A DNA stretch of 64,000 nucleotides from Octopus vulgaris. Taxonomy: Eukaryota. The DNA lies in NCBI GenBank assembly GCA_951406725.2, contig OX597827.1, forward strand, positions 74,338,001 to 74,402,000, written 5' to 3'. Shown here piece by piece: positions 55,350 to 64,000 of this stretch. The notes under the pieces are model-generated. The model was not told the origin of the DNA. It ran no database searches and was given only the letters and a program-made list of their open reading frames with translations. Numbering within the stretch: the stretch's first letter is position 1; each line of letters begins with the position of its first letter. The position numbers and the translations under genes were made by a program.

Positions 55350-55502
55350 GCTTTTGACAATATGGCTCTTTAAATCCAGGTAAGCATCCATTTTTACATT
55401 CCGTAAAGTTTCTGAACTGACAGTCACTAAGGTGTTTACAGTTACATTGGTATTTCTGGACTTTCCCAAACGAGTCAACTTTCTCATAATCTTTACAACT
55501 GT
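55350..55502 (-). CDS. Host gene exon B: EGF-like repeat
   Basis: ttgttttcag|...|gtaagt, 153 bp, phase 1-1; DSCKDYEKVDSFGKVQKYQCNCKHLSDCQFRNFTECKNGCLPGFKEPYCQK. Confidence 0.9.
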
Positions 55503-56365
55503 CTGAAAACAAATCATACATCAACATTATTAAAACATTTCTTTGAGTAATTCTCTTAATACATAATATTGATTCGTTAATATTAGATAGTATCTAATTT
55601 ATATAAAAAGCTATAGATTAAGATAGCGTTATGATTTATACACTGTAAAGAGCATTAGCAATTTCAGTGATGAGAAATGAAATAATCCGTATATTAGGAT
55701 CGGTTGGCAAACAGTTTGCTTCTACGCTGCTCCATTGTCTGCCCTGAACATTAATTTATTATATATCGCATAATTTCGGTGTAAGACATACAACACAATT
55801 GATTAGTGATTAAAACAACAGATTCTCAAGTTTATTTACGCATATATTTTCTTCACATCTATTGACGCATTTTTAATGCCATTGTTGTTATTTAGCCATC
55901 ACTCAGCATTCATTCCGTGGACCAATGATCAAAGATTTTACACCCATGTCTATCTTGTTTCCACTTTATCCAGTGTGTTTCTTTCTCAGAACAATGAGAA
56001 AATGGGTGCCTTTAACCATTGCAGACTTTCAGGTTTTTCATTTTTATCATATATTCTTGAATTATTGAAGTTTGCAAATATTTGTGAGTCCTTCCATTTG
56101 GTATATTTTCTCACTGAAAAGCCGCTGGGAAGTACCTAGTAGTACTGGGATAATTTAAAGATATAACATTCATAGAAGAGAATACACACCCGTATATATT
56201 TTTAAAGTTTTGTTGAGAACTTGACATTGCAGAAAACAACTTGTCAACTTTTACTGCGTGGAGAATAAATCTTTCACAATGTTCAAAACTGAGGTCCATT
56301 ATAAATTTTATACTCTAAAATACATACTTATATTCATAAGCAGGTATATATATATATATATACAT

Positions 56366-56453
56366 GAAACAAATGGAAAACAAGAGATACACCATAGAGC
56401 GACCCTTCATCAGTTATCGGCCGTTTCTCTCTCTCTTTCTCACTCTATCTATC

Positions 56454-56503
<50 letters not shown>

Positions 56504-56562
56504 TAGCCGACAACTGATGAAGGGTCGCTCTTTATGTTGTTTGTCTTGTTTTCCATTTGTTT
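56366..56562. repeat. ~60-bp inverted repeats flanking a (CT)n(TA)n microsatellite
   Basis: GAAACAAATGGAAAACAAGA...AGAGCGACCCTTCATCAGTT / AACTGATGAAGGGTCGCTCT...TCTTGTTTTCCATTTGTTTC. Confidence 0.88.
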
Positions 56563-56702
56563 CTTTTGTTGTCCGCAAAAAAGTTCATATTCCGTGTATT
56601 CGTATTTCGGATATTTTGTTGTTTACGTTTTGTGACGTCCTGTGCCCACATATGTATATATATATATACATGTAAGCATTTATATATACGTATGTATATA
56701 TG

Positions 56703-56754
<52 letters not shown>

Positions 56755-56899
56755 TATATTATTATAAGATTGAACACCACGCATCTTTTTCCAACAAAGT
56801 TTTATCTATCTATCTATATACATACATATATATATGTGTGTGTGTATAACCAGATTTTAGTGTTGCATCGAGCTGTACCGATATAATATAGGATAAATA

Positions 56900-57710
56900 C
56901 AGTACCAATAGCAATAATGCGTGGATGGAATTTATAAGCATTTAATACATCGCTACGCACGTTTCCACAAATCACTTGCCTCCTAAGACCGCCGTCCGTA
57001 TTCCTGACACGATTACAGTGTAGTTCATGATATTCGTGGACCTCGGGTAAATCACGTCCATGGATTCATTTCTTCAGGTGATATAACATTAATAGATGTT
57101 TAACAAAGGGCTGTTTATCCCTTTTAACCAGTACGAAGGTTCATTAATTTATGTGGCTATTTAGGTGTGTATTTGTGTGTGTGGAGGAGGGACGAAGTGC
57201 TGGAAAGAGAGGGAGGAGCGGCAGTTATATGGGGATGGCGGTGTGTCTGGTGATGTTGGGCTTATTTTGCTATTCCGTCTGTACATTCCTTTGTTCGATC
57301 TCATTTATGGCATCACTATCTTCAATGAAGTCTGAAGTAAACAGGTCAGTCGTTACAGCCACTACAGCCATCAGCTGTTGGAGTTCGTTGCCCGAATTGA
57401 TAAATAATTTTTTCTTAGAGTGACCTTTTATTTGTTTCTGCTATTACAGTTGTATATTGTTTAACATCCTAAACATTGGTTTCTTCTTTCCTTGTTCTCT
57501 AATATACTAAGGGTGGTTGATGTTATTTCGTTCCAAAATGCATTTTTCTTTCAAATTCAGAAACAATGTTTTGCGTCTATGTTTATATGATGTGATCACC
57601 TCGGAGTGTCTATTTGTGTATTTATCACGTTTTTTTCTGAGTGCAATGATTTCCTGAGTTTCTTCAAGGCATAAATTGCATCGGGACATCACGGTGTGCA
57701 ACTGTTACAT
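56900..57710 (-). mobile_element. Penelope-like element 3' end
   Basis: SRCNLCLEE.QEII...NRHSEVITSYKHRRK (PLE C-terminal motif) followed by the hammerhead. Confidence 0.8.
56947..57084 (-). ncRNA. Type I hammerhead motif with ~105-nt stem II insert
   Basis: AUAUCAC-CUGAAGA-[105 nt]-GAA-ACGUGCGU-A-GCGAUGU; lies 3' of a same-strand PLE C-terminus. Confidence 0.68.
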
Positions 57711-57713
57711 GTG

Positions 57714-57774
<61 letters not shown>

Positions 57775-58382
57775 TGATACAGGTGACAGGTGACATTCCC
57801 ATCACTTAATGAAATTTAAGTAAATCAGAAAAAGAATAAAGTTTAGTATTGGGTATTTATCAGATGAATGCTATAAACAGGAACATGTTAACTATGTTAG
57901 CATCATCTGCTTTTTTTTTCATAACAAAAGGCATCCATTTTGAAATATTTCAAATTTTTATTTTTTCCATATTTAAAATTCATATTATTAGTTATATATT
58001 TTCTTAAAAGTATGTAGCCTTTGATAAAACTTTCCTAATGACTTCTGCCTAAAATTGATTAATCATAGTTATCAATTGATACATATTTTCTCTTGCTCTA
58101 AGTCATTCTCTGTTTTCTTATAGAATACGCATCGTGGTCCTCTTTCTCTTCTTTACTGTGATGGTAATTTACAGAACGGAATCAGTATTTCAAGCATGTG
58201 TGTACATGATCACATACAGATAATTGCATATAATAGCACTCACAATGCAATAAGAAACCGCACTCTATTGAAGGAATCTAAAACTATTACAGGATGATGG
58301 AACATACAAAATATGAGAGTAAGAGCTGGATCATGCTATTCTATTAAATGATATAAAATAACACTAATACTACTAAACTTAC

Positions 58383-58469
58383 CAGGTTCTCTGAAGCAAG
58401 TACTTTTACAATAATATCCTTCCCTCTTATCATCTGCGACGCAATCTCCTTTGGTTATATCACATTGGG
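58383..58469 (-). CDS. Host gene exon A: short Cys-rich exon
   Basis: tttttctttatattaaag|...|gtaagt, 87 bp, phase 1-1; QCDITKGDCVADDKREGYYCKSTCFREP. Confidence 0.78.
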
Positions 58470-58649
58470 CTTTAATATAAAGAAAAATAGAATTTTTATT
58501 TTTAAGAAAACATCAAGTGAGATACCTTAGAAATCTAGTGGAATATGAAAATATCATATTCATGTCTTTCTCGGCAATAAAAATGACACAAATCAAAACA
58601 TTTGTTAGTGAAAATAAAAATGAAGGGAAAGCTTTTCAGCGAAAATACA

Positions 58650-59790
58650 GACCGAAACTTTATTGCCGGGATCGTAATAATGTTATGATATTATAATCAT
58701 ATAAACTATATAAAATCATGAGGTCTGTGTAATAAAATACAGTAGATAGTGATTGGCTTGAGGTTTAGAGCTGGAGTAAAGAGTAAGACATGTAGGAGAG
58801 GGATTTTTATAGCAATGAGCTTAGAGCAGTTCTAGCAGGCTTAGTTTATTATTGAGCATTAGGTAGATATTGGAATTTTTGCATTCGATAAAGAATAGAG
58901 AACGTTTATGTTAAATGCAAAGTAAAATGTGTTCATACTAGTGTATAATTAAAATGATAATTTCGAAAAATTAATAAAATTAGTATCATATAATGGAAAT
59001 GTTTCGTTTAATAGTAAAGTACTTAGGCAGTATAGAGGCATTACCATGGGAGTAATTATTGACCTTGTTTTAGCCGACTTGTACTTTCTTAGAGATTTAG
59101 AAAAAGAAAACATTAAGTCTAGTTAGGCAGCTTAGTGCCTGTCGTAGATATAAAGATGATATTTTCGTTCCAAATTATAATTTCTGAAATGTGTCAAGGC
59201 CGACAGGAAGCGTTGCTGCTTTCTAGGGCTAAATAGCAGTGGTGTGATTCCCTTCATGGGACTGTCACATTAAGTTGACAGTATACAACTACTCTATCGT
59301 ACCACTACTGCTTATATCTCTCTGAGATATTTAGAAATGTAATATTTCTATGAATGATTATTATTTTACAGTTTACCATTGGGAGTTTGAGACTAGCATA
59401 ATTAGTAAGAATGTTAATGAGATTAATTATGTGGATTATTCGGTTGAGATATGCTACAGATCTATATTTACTTATGTATACAATAAGATTAGCAAGATCA
59501 AGTGTCAAGTCACAACGATTCATTACACTAACAGTTCAACGCCAAATAGACGGACATCGAGTGTTTGCAGCGCAAATAACAAGACATCAAAAAATATTTC
59601 AAAGCTTGATCTTATTTAGTAGTTATGTCTCTGTCTGATGCTAATATCTGGTAGTTCGTTTCCATGTTGCTTGCTATTGCTTTCTATTGTTGAAATTTGT
59701 GATGACTATGCAGCTTCTTAGGTAATATCGCATTCTATGTCCAGATAATTTGTGGAGTTAGTTATAAGGTTAGTTATCATTATATATACG
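58650..59790 (+). mobile_element. Decayed Penelope-like RT, interrupted at ~59190-59350 by a copy of the 37180-37316 repeat
   Basis: FNSKVLRQYRGITMG...LADLY, RY.KDDIF, EINYVDYSVEI and VFAAQITR. Confidence 0.7.
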
Positions 59791-59793
59791 TTA

Positions 59794-60590
59794 CGAGGAG
59801 CGTTCATTTACGGTTTTCTCTGACCCCCTTCCCGCTACTGCAGGAAACGGAACTTATACATGTATAATCATTCGTCTCTACATGTCACATTGTAAATTGC
59901 ACCGTTCCACTAGCATTCATTTATCTGTTACGGCTGCTGAAGTGGACCAAGGTGTTATAGTGGAGGCATTTTCATTGACGAGGTTCTTATACTTGAAAGG
60001 TCTTACACCAAAAGAGACTTTCAATGAAATTAAAGAAGTTTATGGTGACGATTCACCATCATTCAACTTAGTCAAGCTCCAGCATCACTAGTTCCAATGT
60101 GGTCGGACATCGGTGGAAACTTCTCCTGTTCCTGAACGACCGCATTTCGCCATTGATGACGATATCATAAGGTGGATTCCGCTATTTTGGAGGATGGCCG
60201 CATAACTATTCGGTAACTCGCTCAAGAAGTGAAGATAAGTATAGGGTCCGCGGACAAAATCATTCACAGCAATTTGCACATGCGGAGGTTGTCTGCTCGA
60301 TGGAGTCCCCGGATGCTCACACCTTTTCAGAAGCAGGAACGAGTCAAGTGCTCCCAGACAATTTTGGCAATGTGCCAAGAAAACGAGTAGGCTTTTTTCA
60401 ACAGACTTATCACACAGGATGAAACATGAGTCAATCACTGATCCTGATACTAAAGTCCAGTTGAAGCAATGGAAGCATGATAACTCACCCCCTCCAAAGA
60501 AGGCGCGTGCCCAACTCTCAGCAAGCAAGAAGATACTCACAGTTTTGGGGACCAGCGCAGAATAGTGATGATGCATTTTCTGGAAAAGAG
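59794..60590 (+). mobile_element. Mariner transposase remnant
   Basis: TA|CGAGG terminus; KGLTPKETFNEIKEVYGDDSPS, WSPRMLTPFQKQERV, RLITQDET and SASKKILTV. Confidence 0.88.
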
Positions 60591-60599
60591 CACCACTTA

Positions 60600-63110
60600 C
60601 TCGATGAGAGACATATAGATGGTCTCGAAGAAGACAATAAAACTATTGTTTACATGATAGATGGGAAAAAAGGCAATCTACAACAGAATAAAGGCAACGC
60701 CACAGAAGAACGACAGCGACATTAGTTGCAACCTTTAAAAGGCTGAACATTGGAAATTGAATCAAGAAACGAAAAATGTGAATGAAATTCTGAAACACAC
60801 CATAACAAAGAACATCACAGAAACAAATAATTTGATCAAGAATTGTTGTAGCAGAAAATGTGGGTGTTGATGTCAAGAAAAAGAAATATATTGGGAGTGA
60901 CAAAAGAAAAGATCCATGGTAGAATATAAGCGGGATTTGATATGCTCTCGAAGTACATTTCTGTGTTAGACCGAAACGAAAAGGGGGAGCATCAAAGCGA
61001 ACAAAAATACAGGGCACTGAACAGAAAGTATGGGTATTGAAAGAAAGAGCTTGAAATTGGTAATGGAGACACTGAAACAGCGTCTCGTTGTGCAAAGAAA
61101 AACGAAGCAATACCAGCAGAATAGCTTATTTCTGTGTAGATCAGAAGAGATTCTACAAAGAAATAAATGGAGAGTGTACAGATGAAAAGATGATACTATA
61201 TAACATTGAAAGTCAAAGGTTGTGGTGTGACATCTGGAGCAAAGACAAGGAGCACAAGAAGGATGCTAAATGGTTGCAAAAACTGAAGCAAAGAGTAGTG
61301 TGTCCACAACAGGCAGATCTAGTCATTTCAGTTAGGGAAGTGAAGAAGATCAACAAAAACATAGGCAACTTGAAGGCCCCAGGTGCAGATGGGGTTCAAG
61401 GCTACTTGATCAAAAGCTTAGTGAATGTCATACACGAATAGCTGCACAAATTAACAGCTTGTTAATTGCCGACCATGTAATACCAGAGTGGTTGCAATGG
61501 GTAGAATAGTGCTGTGTTTGAAAAACATCGTAAAAGGCAAAACGGTAGACAATTAGAGGCCGATATCCTGCATGCTCCATATGTGGAAATTATTGACTGG
61601 AATAGACGCAGAGTCAACGTACGAACATCTGGAAAAAATGGAGTCCTGCTACATGAGCAGAAGGGTTGCAAGCGTAAGTGCAGAGGTAACAAGGATCAAC
61701 TCCTGGTAGACAAAATAGACTGCAAGAGGAAGAAAACTAACTTACCCATGTCATAGATCTATTATCGTAAGGTATGCCATATGATCCCACATTCTTGGAT
61801 TATGGAATGTATGAACCTATTTGGTATTGCATCGAATGTTGAACGTTTGCTTGGAAAAAGTATAGCGAAGTGGAGAACGGAACTGACAGCATACAGAAGT
61901 TTAGGGAAATAGAAATCAGGCATCTTCCAAGGGAACTTCCTGTCCCCACTGATCTTTGTAATGTGCATGATACCACTAACACTGATTCCGAGGAAAGCAA
62001 AGGCTGTGTACGTTATTCAAGAGCCTCCAACAAAGAGTCAACCCCTTCATATTCATGGATGACCTCAAACTTTATGATAAAGCTGAATCCTAAATCAGTT
62101 CCCTTGTTGATACGGTGTATACTGTCAGTGTATCAGAATGTGTTTGTCTTGAAGAGAAGCAAAATTAAGTGTACGGATGGGCTAGCGGTACCGTTGGGAG
62201 AGCTTATGTAACAGATAGAAGATACGGGCTATAAGTACTTGGGGATATTGGAAATGGATAAATTAATGGAGAAAGAAATGACAGAAAAATTTAAGGTGGT
62301 GTACTTGCGCAAACTGAGACTAATCCTTAAATCAAAATTAAACTTACGGAATACGATTGATGCTATCAACATCTGGGCGGTTTCACTCCTTAGATATGGA
62401 GCAGGAGTAATCGTATCGGCTGTAGACGAACTAAACAGTATAGACAAAATGACAAGAAAGTTGCTAACTAGATATGGAATACTCCACCCAAAAAATGACA
62501 GAGATAGTCTTTATGCACCAAGAATAAGAGGGGGAAAAGAACTGATTGGATGCGAACACAGCATTAGAGCAGAAGAAAACAACATGATATGTAAAACATG
62601 CCACAGAACTGCTATTCTTGGAAGTAAAAAGACCAGGCTTGTGTAGGATGGAAGATAAAGCACTGTACAAGCACTTGAGAATGAATGAAACTGAAAATAG
62701 ATGGATAAAGAAAAGAAAGTATGAACAATTTCAATGGGATGTTGAAGATAAGACAGAAAGAGAAAAAGATGGATGATTAAAACTGATTTTAAGAACCATT
62801 TACATCAAATGCAGAATAGATAGCACATCAGAAAGTGGAAAGTGCAGAATTTGCGGACAAAATGGTGAAACCGTATGGAATACTACCAGTGAATGTACGC
62901 CACTAGTCCAGAAAAAAATATAAGAGACGTCATGACAACATAGTAAGGATTGTCCATTGGACACTTTGCAATAAGTATGGACTTGACAGAGCAAAACATT
63001 GATACGGACACAAACTCGAAGACATCATCGAAAATGATAATCCCAAGATCCTATGGGATTTTATGGAGCACTTGCAGAAAACAGCACTGCTTGGAACCCC
63101 TCCAAATTGT
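60600..63110 (+). mobile_element. R4/Dong-like (RLE-type) LINE remnant
   Basis: [66 protein letters not shown]...C...YKRRHD and KILWDF. Confidence 0.88.
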
Positions 63111-63548
63111 TTTTTTATACTAGGAAGAGGTAGTGAGGTCATTGAGCCTTGCTTCGGATGAGAATATATACTACTAACTTTGTCCTATTATGTTTCTTCA
63201 TCTTTTGGAAGCAGGAGTGTTAAACCATTAAGTAGGCAAGAGGGAATCATACTAGGATGTGGAAAAACATTGTTGTAAAGTTTTGTTAGCAGTTCATTCG
63301 TTGCTTTTTTCCAAGGAAGCTAGTGTTCTTAGCTTAGTTTTTCCTTGGGGCTGGCCAGATTGGAGCAATCTTAAGATTAATCAGCCGAAATTGCGAGGAT
63401 GATCCAGTTCTTGACTGAAGATAAAAGGCTTCGATTGACCCGTCCGTGTTTTATTGTATCGTCTATCTGGATGTTTTGTCGTCCCCTTTTGTATCACCTA
63501 GTTGTCCGAATGCTTTGCGTTCTTGTCCCATTGTCCCATTTTGCATTT

Positions 63549-63589
<41 letters not shown>

Positions 63590-63590
<1 letters not shown>

Positions 63591-64000
63591 TAGCAGCATA
63601 GCCCGGCGTTGCCCGGGTATGTAAGAGACCGTAGTTGGCAACGATTAATCCCGATCTAGTCCTTTCCCTCTAGGGAACGAAGGCGCATGTGTAGGTTGCA
63701 ATGTCTTCTCTTCACTCGAATACTTATGTGTATTCAACGTTCCAAGCTGTCCCTTTGGGCGAAAACATGAATACATCATTGCGCCTCCCAACGCGTGAAC
63801 AGCCCACGTAGAGTTGACCGTGGGCGAAGCACTGTTTGCCCAAATGTAACCCAGCGACTTGTAGCGCTTGGCCTTGGGATTTATTGATGGACATTGCGAA
63901 GCAGAGTTTAACATGAAACTGAAGACGCCTGAAGTGGATTGGTAGGTCAGCGCCCGACGGTTGAAGGTGTATGCGTGGAATTAAGATGTCCTCTTCCTTC
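63590..64000 (-). mobile_element. Helitron 3' end with open helicase C-terminus (stop at 63724-63726), continuing beyond the window
   Basis: PRIHLQPSGADLPIHFRRLQFHVKLCFAMSINKSQGQALQVAGLHLGKQCFAHGQLYVGCSRVG; terminal CCCGGGCAACGCCGGG hairpin plus CTAG|T. Confidence 0.92.

Overview
Eukaryotic, AT-rich, microsatellite-dense and repeat-saturated DNA. The SINE/LINE repertoire looks like an octopus (coleoid cephalopod) genome; this is recognition, not a database result. Most of the window is intronic sequence of one minus-strand gene. I could read six GT-AG exons, all phase 1-1 (58469->20813, 314 codons, open when spliced), encoding Cys-rich/EGF-like repeats alternating with F-type-lectin (fucolectin/discoidin)-like modules; no start or stop lies in the window. 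The main mobile element is a young RTE-clade LINE (~4326-11080, minus strand). It has one APE-RT ORF broken only by a 1-bp homopolymer indel, a C4HC3 PHD-like finger inside the RT region, an (ATG)n tail and 4.5 tandem ~604-bp monomers just upstream of the ORF. The rest is decayed Penelope-like elements carrying at least six type I hammerhead-ribozyme motifs plus a permuted hammerhead-like family, three fold-back palindromes, and Helitron, mariner, Tigger, hAT-MITE, CR1/L2, RTE and R4/Dong remnants and SINEs. Almost all short ORFs in the supplied track are microsatellite or antisense artefacts. All calls are by eye; boundaries of decayed repeats are approximate.
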